From a virus: a stretch of 64,000 nucleotides of DNA. The DNA is taken from positions 118,424 through 182,423 of IMG/VR virus record IMGVR_UViG_3300037483_001670, one strand, 5' to 3'. This document shows positions 26,321 to 35,811 of the stretch, one piece after another (position 1 is the stretch's first letter; each line of letters starts with the position of its first letter). The translations under genes and the position numbers were made by a program. The notes beneath the pieces are model-generated. The model did no database searches and was not told where the DNA came from. It was given only the letters and a program-made list of their open reading frames with translations.

Positions 26321-27273
26321 CTATGCCCTCGTAATGAACTTGGCGCCGTTGGCGGCGATCTTGTTCGGCGCGATGGCCGCGTAGAGCGTGTCTTCGCCGG
26401 TCCGAAGATGCCACCCGCCTGGAAGTTGCCGTCCAGGTTGAGCGAATCGAACGTGACAGCGTTCTGCACGACGGCGCCGTTGACCGGCCCGTTGTTCGTC
26501 TTCATGCCGAAGTCCATCATGCCGACGCTCAAGGTCGGCACGGTCACGACTTCGTACGGATCGCCGTTCACCGGCGTCACGAGCAGCATGAGCTGCCCGA
26601 AGGCCACCGGATTGAACGTGCCGAACGGCGACACGCGCGCCGCGCCGGCGCCCAGATCCTTCACAAGCCGCGCGTACGCGCCCACCCGCGCACCGCCCGT
26701 GATCCGAATGATGCGGCCGATGTGCGGCGTAAATCCGCCGACCAGCGCGCCGTCCGTGATCGACATCGGGGTCTGCGCGCCACGGTTGATGGGCGTCACC
26801 GCCGTGAAGGTTCCGGTCGCGACCGACGTGCGCGTTCCTTGAAAGAGCAGGCCAGCGCCGTCGTAGATGATCGCGTTGCAGTTCACCTTGTCCGTCGTCG
26901 GCGGCGAGCTCAGGTAGGTGACCGTCGTCGGCAGCACGATCCGCGTGATGGCTCCCCAGCGGCGTTGCCTCTCCGCGTCCGTCCGAAGGGCGGTTCCCGC
27001 GGTATCTCCCGCGTTGGCATCGTTGCCGTTGACCGGATCGATGAACCACGCGGTCTGCACCAGGAAGTCGACCGCCACGCGCCGCATCCAGGTACCGACG
27101 AGGTTGATCGCCTTCACCGAGTTCACGCCATCGGCGACGAAGGTGGGGGGCGGTATCCGGTAGACGAAGTCCGCATCCTCCGCGACGACGTAGATCTCGT
27201 CGCCGGGGATGACCCGCGAGTCGCCGAACCCCGAGAGGGTCGTAAGAGTCGGTGTCGATCCGAGGTCGGCCAA
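26321..27273 (-). pseudogene. spike-like paralog 2, internally deleted/frameshifted
   Basis: same N-term; frame breaks at about 26400; natural-looking C-terminus TGEDTLYAAIAPNKIAANGAKFITRA in another frame. Confidence 0.65.
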
Positions 27274-27292
27274 AGCTGAAACGTCTCCCTAC

Positions 27293-27315
27293 AGACGACG
27301 CTCAGCTCGCGGTCT
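27293..27315 (-). promoter_or_regulatory. conserved hairpin element copy 2
   Basis: AGAC-CGCGAGCTGAGCGTC-GTCT, compensatory A-T pair. Confidence 0.65.
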
Positions 27316-27463
27316 TACGCCCAAGGTACCCCAAACCGGGGGCCGCCGGCAACTCAGCGCTGGTTCGTGACCGTGACGAGCAGCAACGAGCCGTCCGCGG
27401 CGTTGATCGTGCCCGCCGCGATGGGCCGCGATGACGGTGACCGAGCCGCAACTGGGCTCTTTC

Positions 27464-29044
27464 TTACAACGAGCGCAAGGCGCATCCCGTCAACGGATCG
27501 AAAAATTGGCCGTTGAAACCGCCCCCGGCGATCGTGGCCTGAATGAGTACGGACGTCAGGTTTCGATACGCCGTGAAGGCCGAAGTCGCGGGGTCCCAGG
27601 CCGGCGCAGTCGTGCGGAGCGCCTGCGCGTTGCGCAGCGAAATCCACGCATTCGCTGGCGCTGCGGTGAGATCGATAAAGAAGTACCCCGCCACACCAGG
27701 CGGCACGGGCGTATAGCTCAGCGAGTTTCCGCTCGAGAGCAGGAACGCTCCCCCTCCTGCCCCAGCCACGCCCCACACCTCACACCCCGCGTTCAAACAA
27801 GCGCCGCTGGCCTCGTACCCCGGCGCGGCCGTGTTGTTGAACACGCCCATGCCGTTCTGGAAGGTCCAAGATTTCACGGCGCCCACCTGCGTCTCGGTCA
27901 GGCCCAAAAACCGCACACCCCCTCGCTGCTGGCTCACGAACCGAATGACCGCGCTAGCTTGGAAGGTGCGGAACGACGGAGCTCCGGAGGCCGAGTCGTC
28001 CGCGTAACAATTCGCAAGCGTGATGCTGCTCGGAAGAAAGAGAATGGAGTTCGGCCGAATCCTGCACCCGACCATGCTGACCGCGCGCCCGGTCGCAGTG
28101 CCGTTCGCAGTACCCGTGCTGGCCCAATCCGAGCCCCACATGTAGACGCCCGCGTTGCCGGCCAGCGACATCGTCGTAATGGTCATGCTGTCGACCACGA
28201 CCGCATTCGCCGTACCGTTGGTCTGCGCCGTCAAGTTGATAACGAGTTGCGCGATGCTCGTCAGATCTTCGACGACAAACGTGTCCGTCGGAGCTGGGTT
28301 GAACGTGTTGGTAGCGAAGGCGAGCGGATTGGTGAACGTCTGCGTCACCTGACACTCGTTCATGCGCGCTTGCTTCGCGCCGAGGTCGGCCATCGGCCAT
28401 ACGACGCCGCCAACGTTCGCGCCGCTTGTAAACCGACACCGCTTGTTGAGCAGCCCGTCAGCGGTCCACGAGGTCACGATCGCGTTCGCGGTGATCTGAA
28501 GCGGCGTGTTGGTCGCGTGCGCCACCACCGTCACCGCATCCGCCGTCAACGATGCCAGGGTGGTCTTGCCCTGGTTGTTCGTGACGCTCGAGTGCAAGTA
28601 GATGTTGCACGCGGACGATTGAAGCTGCCCTGTCAGGATCACCGGGTCGGACGACGGCACGTCGGTCAGATACCGCAAGTGGTATTCGGCCAGCGTCCAC
28701 ATGGGCGCCGGTCCCATGCGCCGCTGCCGCTCGGCGTCCGTCTTCAGCGCCGTGGTCGAGGTGAGCCCATCGTTCGCATCGCTGCCGTTGGTGAAATCGA
28801 TGAACCAGTTCTGCTGGCTCATCATCGCGGCCGACCCGCTCGCGTTCCGCCGTTCCCAGAAGCCAGGCAAAAAGATCGCCTTGACAAGGTTCACGCCGTC
28901 GATCGGCGGCAGTGGCGACTGGAGGCGGTAAACGAAATCCGCGTCGATGTCGACGACGTAGACCTCGTCGCCAGGATTCACTCGCGAGTCGCCGTACCCA
29001 GCGAGCTGCGCGAGCGTCGGAATCGTCGGGGCTAGATCGGGCAT
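27464..29044 (-). CDS. spike/receptor-binding-like protein paralog 3
   Basis: MPDL..GYGDSRVNPGDEVYV; WFIDFTNGSDANDG; TDAERQRR. Confidence 0.7.
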   Translation of the reverse strand: MPDLAPTIPTLAQLAGYGDSRVNPGDEVYVVDIDADFVYRLQSPLPPIDGVNLVKAIFLPGFWERRNASGSAAMMSQQNWFIDFTNGSDANDGLTSTTALKTDAERQRRMGPAPMWTLAEYHLRYLTDVPSSDPVILTGQLQSSACNIYLHSSVTNNQGKTTLASLTADAVTVVAHATNTPLQITANAIVTSWTADGLLNKRCRFTSGANVGGVVWPMADLGAKQARMNECQVTQTFTNPLAFATNTFNPAPTDTFVVEDLTSIAQLVINLTAQTNGTANAVVVDSMTITTMSLAGNAGVYMWGSDWASTGTANGTATGRAVSMVGCRIRPNSILFLPSSITLANCYADDSASGAPSFRTFQASAVIRFVSQQRGGVRFLGLTETQVGAVKSWTFQNGMGVFNNTAAPGYEASGACLNAGCEVWGVAGAGGGAFLLSSGNSLSYTPVPPGVAGYFFIDLTAAPANAWISLRNAQALRTTAPAWDPATSAFTAYRNLTSVLIQATIAGGGFNGQFFDPLTGCALRSL

Positions 29045-29063
29045 GGGGCGCAGGCGTCCTTCC

Positions 29064-29089
29064 GGACCGCGCGCTCAGCTCGAGCGTCC
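29064..29089 (-). promoter_or_regulatory. conserved hairpin element copy 3
   Basis: GGAC-GCTCGAGCTGAGCGCGCG-GTCC. Confidence 0.6.
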
Positions 29090-29141
29090 TACCCCAGAGG
29101 ATACATGAGCCGGGGGCCAGGGCCAATCCCAAGCCGCAAAT

Positions 29142-30542
29142 TCATGGACTGAACGCGACCACGCCCCCCGAAGCGCCAGCCCCCGAGTCGTTGAACGGTA
29201 TGGCGGACCAGTCCTTGTCCGTGGATCCGACCACCACCTGCCGAGCGGGCGTCAGATTGTCGTTGATCGTCGGCTTCGTCACGTACGTGAGCGCCGCCGC
29301 TGCCTTACACTTGACCGCGTGACCGGCGTTTCCGGTCCCCCATAGCAAATCCGCACCGAAAACCGCGCGACTGCGGTAGGTCGCACGCTCCTGAAGGTTG
29401 AGCGCCGCGTCCGGGACAGTCACGTCAAAGATCGAGAACAGGCCCGCCTCGACGTGACCGTTCGTGGTGATCTTGAGCCTCGAATCTTGGCAGATCCAAT
29501 CCTTGTCCACGTAGAGGTACCCGCCCGTGTAGACATTCAACTGGCCACCGACCGAACCGCCGCCGAGCAGCATCGTCTGAGCTCCAGGCAGAAGGTTGCA
29601 ATTGTCAACGCCGCCACCCACCACGTAGTAAAAGCCACTGCCCCCGCCGCCCATGGACATCTTTTTCATGATGCACTGGGAGAACCAGCACACCATCGTC
29701 GAATTGAAGGCGCCGCCTCCGCTCAACGAGATGCCTCCGTCGAGAAAAATCGAATCGATGGCGATGGCGTTCGCAGACGGTCCGGCCGTCGCGTTCGACT
29801 GTTGCGCGAACTGCATCGTCCCAATCTGGAGCGTCGGCAACGAAGCAACTTCGTAGGGGTCGCCGATCACCGGAGTCACCTGCGTAAAAGGGTCCCCGCT
29901 GATCGTCGCAGTGCCCCACGGACTCGTTCGATGCCGCGTACCCGTGAGGCTCAGCACGAGACGCGCGTACGCCCCCGATCGCGCCCCGCCCGTGATCCGA
30001 ATGAGGCTGCCAGCGTCGCCGGCGACGAGCTCGGCGGCCGTTGCGTCCCACGGAGTATGGGTGGCGCGATTGACCGACGTCACTCCCGTCAGAAGTCCCG
30101 ACTTCACGGTCGTTCGTGCACCCTGAAGGCGGAGCGTTCCGCCGGTAAGCATTTGCACATTGTAGTTCGTGGGCGTCGCCGGGGAGTCGACGTAGGTCAC
30201 CGTCGTCGGCTGCGCCAACTGCGTCACAATCCCCCATCGCCGCTGCCGCTCCGCCTCGGTAATCGCCGACAGCAACGTGGCTCCGTCGTTCGCGTTGTTG
30301 CCCGCCGCGCTCACGAACCAATCTGCCTGCCCGAGAAACGCGCCCAGCGACCTACGCACCCAGTAACCAGGCAGAAAGATGCTCTTGACGATCGAGTCCG
30401 CGTCCGCGACTAGCAGCGGCGGCGCGACACGGTACACGAAGTCCGCATCGTCACTCGTGACGTAGACCTCGTCGCCGGGAATAATGCGCGAATCTCCGAA
30501 CCCGGCCAGAGCTGCTGTGGTCGCTACACTCCCGCGATCCAC
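29142..30542 (-). CDS. spike/receptor-binding-like protein paralog 4
   Basis: GFGDSRIIPGDEVYV; WFVSAAGNNANDG; TEAERQRR. Confidence 0.7.
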   Translation of the reverse strand: MDRGSVATTAALAGFGDSRIIPGDEVYVTSDDADFVYRVAPPLLVADADSIVKSIFLPGYWVRRSLGAFLGQADWFVSAAGNNANDGATLLSAITEAERQRRWGIVTQLAQPTTVTYVDSPATPTNYNVQMLTGGTLRLQGARTTVKSGLLTGVTSVNRATHTPWDATAAELVAGDAGSLIRITGGARSGAYARLVLSLTGTRHRTSPWGTATISGDPFTQVTPVIGDPYEVASLPTLQIGTMQFAQQSNATAGPSANAIAIDSIFLDGGISLSGGGAFNSTMVCWFSQCIMKKMSMGGGGSGFYYVVGGGVDNCNLLPGAQTMLLGGGSVGGQLNVYTGGYLYVDKDWICQDSRLKITTNGHVEAGLFSIFDVTVPDAALNLQERATYRSRAVFGADLLWGTGNAGHAVKCKAAAALTYVTKPTINDNLTPARQVVVGSTDKDWSAIPFNDSGAGASGGVVAFSP

Positions 30543-30545
30543 GTC

Positions 30546-31163
30546 TCAACCCACGATGCCGTCGCGCTCGATGTCGAGCTCGTCACCGAAAATCAGCATG
30601 AGCGGCCCGGCGCTCTCGGTATAGACCACGAGAAACGGCTGGTCTTCGCGCCCGCTGGAGCGCGACCACAAGATCTTGCTGCCCCCGACGTAGGCGTGCC
30701 TGACCCGCACATGCACGACGCCGTCATCCTTGCCACCGAACCCGGGATCACTGTCCGTGCCCGCCGTGTGGAGCTGGATGTCGACCGCTTCGAAGAGGCC
30801 GAGCAGGGCGAAGTGCTTCGGCATCGGCACGCCGGCGAAGGACACCAGGGGACCGATGACCGGCACCGGCGCACGCGGGCGGCGCTCGCTCACCAAGAAG
30901 TCGGGTCGGCAAAGGATGCGGTTGCGGCTCTCGGCGATGTGCTTGTAGAGCTCCTGCTTGCCGTCCGGCACCCACTTCTTCGGCCGGTCCGGGTTGATCT
31001 TGTCCGACGCGTACGCGATGCCGAGCGAGTCGCCCACGTGCTGAAACGAGCTCGGCCACGTGAACGGGTACTCCTTGTCCCCCTTCAGCGGCTTCGCGCT
31101 GAACACAGAACGGTAGCCCTCGGCGATTTCGCGCGCGTCGACCACCCGAGGCTTCGCGCTCAC
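30546..31163 (-). CDS. putative virion protein
   Basis: YASDK...YKH...LMLIFGDELDIERDGIVG; GTGA coupling. Confidence 0.65.
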   Translation of the reverse strand: MSAKPRVVDAREIAEGYRSVFSAKPLKGDKEYPFTWPSSFQHVGDSLGIAYASDKINPDRPKKWVPDGKQELYKHIAESRNRILCRPDFLVSERRPRAPVPVIGPLVSFAGVPMPKHFALLGLFEAVDIQLHTAGTDSDPGFGGKDDGVVHVRVRHAYVGGSKILWSRSSGREDQPFLVVYTESAGPLMLIFGDELDIERDGIVG

Positions 31164-31492
31164 CGAAACCACCCCTGCCGGCTCGCGTAGTATCCTACCG
31201 CGAAGAGCGCCGCGCCCACCAAGGCGAGCGTCGCATTCGAGCTTGTTCCGAAGTTGATCGCGCCCATCGCGCCCTTGCCGCATTGCACGACCATGCCTCG
31301 AGCGTGCCACCCTTGCCCGACCAGCTTTGCGCTGCTCGGCAAGGGACGACCTGCGACGATCGCCGGCACGCCGACACCGTTCGTGGGCGCGGGCAGGTTC
31401 GGCACGGGCAAGTCTGCGTTGAGCGGCAGATCGTCGGCCGACTCGTAATACAAATAGAGCCCCTTCTTCGGGTCGAAGCACGAATGGATCAA
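31160..31492 (-). CDS. tail-anchored membrane protein
   Basis: GRPLP...GAMGA, C-terminal TM. Confidence 0.75.
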   Translation of the reverse strand: MIHSCFDPKKGLYLYYESADDLPLNADLPVPNLPAPTNGVGVPAIVAGRPLPSSAKLVGQGWHARGMVVQCGKGAMGAINFGTSSNATLALVGAALFAVGYYASRQGWFR

Positions 31493-32337
31493 GCGAACGC
31501 TCCCGCCCGGCGCGGCGTACGGTCAACGAGCACGGGCAACCCGTACCGCACGAGCACGTACAACACGCCCGTCACCATCGCTGCCGTTCCGAGCTGGTTC
31601 AAGAACGTGCCGGCCGCGCCGAACGGGTCTTCCTTCTGGAGGCCCTCGGCCGCGCGCACGCACTGCTGCACCGTGGCCATGTCGCCTTTCTCCTGCGCCC
31701 GCGTGCAGAGATCGGCCATGGTCTTGTTGTTCAGCTCGAGCCGCTTCGCGTTGTAGAGGTAGACGACGATGACGACGGCAAGCGCAACGACGGCCACCAC
31801 GACCGCCCACGTGATGATCGGCGCCACGCCGAGCCCGCTCACCGGTACGGCCGCGAAAAACTGCGCGAGATGCCCGTCGCGATCCATCTTGACGATCCCG
31901 GCGAACACCTGAAGCCGGCTCGCCGCATCGGTGCGCGCCCACTGCGACTGGATGACGCTCCCTTCCGCGGCTTCCCGGTCGACCGCTCCCGAGAGCCACG
32001 GGCCGAGCCCGAGCGACGCCTGCGTGAACACCGCCACGACGAACGATCGTGCCATGTCAGCGCCGAACGAAAGGTGCAGCTGATCCGGCAGCGCTTCGGC
32101 GCTCGGGTCCGCGAACACGGAGGCCAGCGTCGACGTGTTGCGATCGGCCCACACCTGCACCTGGCGGAGCGTGGCGGCCGCGCTGACCGGATCGAACTTG
32201 AGGTTCGGGTCGTACTTGCGGAGGGCTGCAAGGGCGGCGTCGTGCCCCGCGACGAGCTGTTCCGGCAGAGTCGCACCCGGGAAGGACGGAAGGTTCGCGC
32301 GCGCCAGACTGAGAGTTGCCAGATCGGAACTAGCCAC
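31489..32337 (-). CDS. membrane protein, two TMs
   Basis: SGLGV motif, IITWAVVVAVVALAVVIVVYL and C-terminal TM; GGAGG+GTG. Confidence 0.75.
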   Translation of the reverse strand: MASSDLATLSLARANLPSFPGATLPEQLVAGHDAALAALRKYDPNLKFDPVSAAATLRQVQVWADRNTSTLASVFADPSAEALPDQLHLSFGADMARSFVVAVFTQASLGLGPWLSGAVDREAAEGSVIQSQWARTDAASRLQVFAGIVKMDRDGHLAQFFAAVPVSGLGVAPIITWAVVVAVVALAVVIVVYLYNAKRLELNNKTMADLCTRAQEKGDMATVQQCVRAAEGLQKEDPFGAAGTFLNQLGTAAMVTGVLYVLVRYGLPVLVDRTPRRAGAFA

Positions 32338-32611
32338 GTCGCCTCCTCGCGCCCGCCGTGGGCTGGCGCGCAAAGTCCATGATAGCCGCGAGGCCCACGA
32401 GCGCGCCGCAAAGAATCGCGCCCCAGCCCATCGGTCCCATGGACGCTTGCAACGGCCCGTTCGGCACGCACTTGAACGAAATCGGATCGGTATGCTGGCC
32501 CGACGGACACGCCCGCAGCTCTTCGCTGGCGAAGATGACCGCGCACCCGCCCGGCGCCTGCGCGTCGGCGACCTGACCCCTCGGACACAGCGTCTCTCCG
32601 AGCCCCATCAT
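32330..32611 (-). CDS. Cys-rich tail-anchored protein
   Basis: MMGLGE, CPRGQ..C, CPSGQHTDPISFKC, TM, RRRR. Confidence 0.7.
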   Translation of the reverse strand: MMGLGETLCPRGQVADAQAPGGCAVIFASEELRACPSGQHTDPISFKCVPNGPLQASMGPMGWGAILCGALVGLAAIMDFARQPTAGARRRRG

Positions 32612-33675
32612 CAGCGGTGCCTCTTCGCGTGTTTGACCGGCGCACCCGTGAAGAGCGCCGCCCCTAGCGCGAGCCCGACCCCCGCCACCACGAACCAGCC
32701 CGCCGATGCCGCCTTCGGGGGCACCGGCTTCGGCACGCACCGCTCGAGCGCTTCGTCGAAAACGTCGTTCGGGCCCCCGCACGTCACCGTCGTCGACCCC
32801 TGCCGCTTCGGCATCTTCGCGATGATTTCGCGCGCGGTCTGGTCGCGCTCGATGCGCTTCATCTCCAGCCGGGCCAAGACGTCGGACCGAGTCGATTCGT
32901 TCGTCGCCTTCGCGAGCGTCGCGTAGAGCGCGTCGAGCTCGCGCTCCGCGGCCTTCCACTTCGAGTAGAGCGTCGAGTCCCCGTCGGGGGGCGCCACTGG
33001 GTGCAGGGCCACGTTGATCGTCGGCACGACCGAAACGCTGTTGCGCACGCTCGGGTTCAGATCGACACCCGCGCCCACCTCCGCCGCTGCCCCGAGCAGC
33101 GCGTCCTCGAAGAGTCCGAGCCGCGCAGACGACGGACCGCCGTAGCCGCACGCCTGGAGCGCCGCGATGCCGCGCTGAAGCAGGTTCGCCGCCTCGTACC
33201 GGAGCGCGACGTCGAGCAAAAGGAGCCCGTTGGTCGTCGGCTGCGCGAGCCCGTTCACCACCCCAAACAGCGGAAACGCGAAGCACATGTACCGCGGCGC
33301 CCACCGCGACAGGAAGGCCACGAACTCGTCCGCCGCGACGTCACTCCAGGTGTCATCGTCGACAAGCTGCGCCCAGAGCGATTCCTTGATCAGCTCTTGC
33401 TCGCTCCACGGAATGATCCCGGGCGTCGCGCCCGCCTGGCCAAGACGCTTCAGGGCTCCCTTGATCTCGCGCACGCGACCGGGAGCGCCGAGATCGTACG
33501 ACACGATGGGGTCCGCGCCCAATGCCGCGCGGTGGCGTTGCCCGTACTCGAACGGCTCGTAGGCGCGCTCTCCGACGCCGGGGCCCTCGTATTCGCCCAT
33601 CGTGCCGGCGAGATCGCGCCGCTCACGCAGCGTCCAAAAGGGCTGCGTACCGGCAGGCATTCCAAGCCCGCTCAT
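32611..33675 (-). CDS. tail-anchored protein with coiled coil and Cys module
   Basis: MSGLGM, AALGAD, CGGPNDVFDEALERC, TM, basic tail. Confidence 0.75.
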   Translation of the reverse strand: MSGLGMPAGTQPFWTLRERRDLAGTMGEYEGPGVGERAYEPFEYGQRHRAALGADPIVSYDLGAPGRVREIKGALKRLGQAGATPGIIPWSEQELIKESLWAQLVDDDTWSDVAADEFVAFLSRWAPRYMCFAFPLFGVVNGLAQPTTNGLLLLDVALRYEAANLLQRGIAALQACGYGGPSSARLGLFEDALLGAAAEVGAGVDLNPSVRNSVSVVPTINVALHPVAPPDGDSTLYSKWKAAERELDALYATLAKATNESTRSDVLARLEMKRIERDQTAREIIAKMPKRQGSTTVTCGGPNDVFDEALERCVPKPVPPKAASAGWFVVAGVGLALGAALFTGAPVKHAKRHR

Positions 33676-34073
33676 CCGAAAAGCCTCTGCGCCTTCGGAC
33701 GGCGCCGATCGATGAAGTAGAGAATCGCTCCGCCGACCGCAGCGCCGCCCGCGAGCCACCCGGCGGTGCCGCCGAACACGCTCGCCCGCGAGAACGACGC
33801 GCCGCCCGGCATCGACGTCGAGCTCCCCCTACGGATGATTTGCGCGGGACCGATGGAAACCGACACCGCATCCCTCGGCACGCACTGCTGCGCGCTCTCG
33901 CTCCAGACATCGTCGCCCGGACAAGGAAGACTCGGATCGACGCAGTCGTTCGGCGACCTCGGATCGAAGACCAGTCCCGCTGCGCAGTGACACCGCAGCG
34001 TGAACGGATCATAGATCGTGTTGTCGCCGCACGGGGGCGGCCGATCCGGACCGGCAAAAGCGGCGTAGCTCAC
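33672..34073 (-). CDS. Cys-repeat tail-anchored protein (MSY start)
   Basis: three CxxGxxF/WDxxxxxC-type modules, TM, RRRPK. Confidence 0.75.
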   Translation of the reverse strand: MSYAAFAGPDRPPPCGDNTIYDPFTLRCHCAAGLVFDPRSPNDCVDPSLPCPGDDVWSESAQQCVPRDAVSVSIGPAQIIRRGSSTSMPGGASFSRASVFGGTAGWLAGGAAVGGAILYFIDRRRPKAQRLFG

Positions 34074-34083
34074 TGAGCTCGCC

Positions 34084-34506
34084 TTACTTCTTCTTGGCGA
34101 GCAGCGCGAGTACCAGACCGCCCGCCGCGATCCCGCCGATGATGTAGGGCGTGTTCGGCCCGAAGATCGACATGAGCGACTTCTTCGGCGCGAGCGAGGG
34201 GGGCGTCACCGTGGCCGTTCGGATCGGGACCTGCTGGGCGCCCGCACCCTTGCCGGTCAGATCGACACCGGCCTTGACGGCCGCCGCGATCTGCGCCGAC
34301 GACATGTACTTCGTGAGCGCCACGCAAGCTTTGTCGGCGTCGACCCATTGCGTTCCCGGACCGCACATCGTCGACTGGTCCTTGCAGACGCCGCCGACGT
34401 CGATCGAATCTTCGCCGCAAATGCACCTTGACGCGTCGTCGTCCCAATGCCGGCCCGGCGGACAGTCCTCGGCGCCCATACCGTACGAAATGAATTGCTG
34501 CCTCAT
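34084..34506 (-). CDS. Cys-repeat tail-anchored protein
   Basis: SYGMGA, CPPGRHWDDDASRC, CGPGTQWVDADKAC, TM, KKK. Confidence 0.75.
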   Translation of the reverse strand: MRQQFISYGMGAEDCPPGRHWDDDASRCICGEDSIDVGGVCKDQSTMCGPGTQWVDADKACVALTKYMSSAQIAAAVKAGVDLTGKGAGAQQVPIRTATVTPPSLAPKKSLMSIFGPNTPYIIGGIAAGGLVLALLAKKK

Positions 34507-34521
34507 CGTCTTGCCTCTTCC

Positions 34522-34890
34522 TTAGAACGCCGACTGCGTTGTTGGTTTGCGCACCCAAAGAGCCGCGCCGAGCAGGCCGGCGAGGCCAAACGTTCCTGCC
34601 ATCGCGCCCGCGACCGCTCCGCCAGCGGCCCAGAAGGCGCGGTCGGTTGGCCGGGGCGCCGCGAAATAGCCGAGCGCTCCGACGAGCAGCGCGTCCCCGA
34701 TCGTGTACCCGGTCACGGTGCCGAATAGCAGCGGACGGTCAGCGGCCCCGATGCCGGCCGGCGCAGTCGGGGCGACCTGCCCGACCTTCTGCATGGCCGA
34801 GCAGCCGCAGCCGATCCCGTTCACTGAGCGCGGCGCGAGATCGGTGCGCACGAGAGGGTACGGATTGATCGTCTGTCCCGCTACGAACAT
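34522..34890 (-). CDS. membrane protein
   Basis: NGIGC/AGIGA motifs, three Gly-rich TMs. Confidence 0.7.
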   Translation of the reverse strand: MFVAGQTINPYPLVRTDLAPRSVNGIGCGCSAMQKVGQVAPTAPAGIGAADRPLLFGTVTGYTIGDALLVGALGYFAAPRPTDRAFWAAGGAVAGAMAGTFGLAGLLGAALWVRKPTTQSAF

Positions 34891-34895
34891 CGTCC

Positions 34896-35582
34896 CTACT
34901 TCTTCCTCGGGGCCGGTTTCCCGAAGCCTTGCGCGAGCGCGATGGCAGGCGTGATGACCGGAAACGCGCCGCCCATGAGACCCCACCAGATCGCCCAACC
35001 GATCGACTCGTTGCGCCTGTAGCCGTGGTACGCCGACGCGGCGAGCGACGCCGAGCTGAGCGCCCACCAACCCGTCTTGCCGAGCCAGCTGTTCGCCGGG
35101 TTGAACCTGAGCCATTGACCTGGACCAGCCACCAGCGGGACACCCTGTCGTGCCTGCACGAGCCGGCTCTGAAACGCCTGCGCCGTATAGAGCCGCTTCT
35201 CGGCCTGAAGCATCTCGATGTAGGTCTGAAGCTGCGACGGCACTCCACGAAGAAAGCCCGCCGTCAGATCGTCGAGCGCGTCCGCGTTGTACGCGCCAGC
35301 GCCGGCAGCCACGTCGGCGTCCATCGCCTGCTTGATCGCGCCCTTGGTCTGATCGACCTCCGCGGCGGTCACGCCCTCCGGCAGCGGAAAGGGTGCCGCG
35401 TCGAGACCCGCGTAGGGCGCGAGCGCGTACGGGTTGATCGCCAGCTGCTGACTGAACATCGGCTGGTTGAAAATCGGCCCGTGGTAGCGCGTCGGGTACG
35501 GGTGCACGTGCGGCACGAGCGGACTCGGCACGCCGTTCTCCGTGTCTCCAAAAATCGACTCGTTGCCCGATTGCATACGCAT
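34896..35582 (-). CDS. membrane protein
   Basis: C-terminal AYHGYRRNESIGWAIWWGLMGGAFPVITPAIALAQGFGK. Confidence 0.75.
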   Translation of the reverse strand: MRMQSGNESIFGDTENGVPSPLVPHVHPYPTRYHGPIFNQPMFSQQLAINPYALAPYAGLDAAPFPLPEGVTAAEVDQTKGAIKQAMDADVAAGAGAYNADALDDLTAGFLRGVPSQLQTYIEMLQAEKRLYTAQAFQSRLVQARQGVPLVAGPGQWLRFNPANSWLGKTGWWALSSASLAASAYHGYRRNESIGWAIWWGLMGGAFPVITPAIALAQGFGKPAPRKK

Positions 35583-35595
35583 CGCTCGTCGTCTC

Positions 35596-35811
35596 CTACG
35601 TTCCTGCGGGCGGTCGCGCCATCACGACAAGCGCCGCCACCGGTCCCACGATCGCCCCCGTCACCGCGAACTCCTTGCCACCGAGCGCGTGCCCGAGAAA
35701 ATAGCCGGCGATCCCCGCCCCGACGATCGCGATGCTATGCGTCAGCGCGGGCGGCACCTCGGCCGGTGCGCCAACGCCCGCGGTGGGGCACATCATCGCC
35801 GGCCACTCCAT
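35596..35811 (-). CDS. small two-TM protein
   Basis: TGATG coupling; AGVGA motif. Confidence 0.6.
   Translation of the reverse strand: MEWPAMMCPTAGVGAPAEVPPALTHSIAIVGAGIAGYFLGHALGGKEFAVTGAIVGPVAALVVMARPPAGT

Noticed and set aside
24755-30542. Diversity-generating retroelement or shufflon acting on the spike cassette
   Set aside because: No reverse transcriptase, no TR/VR pair with A-specific mismatches, no invertase or inverted sfx sites seen in the window
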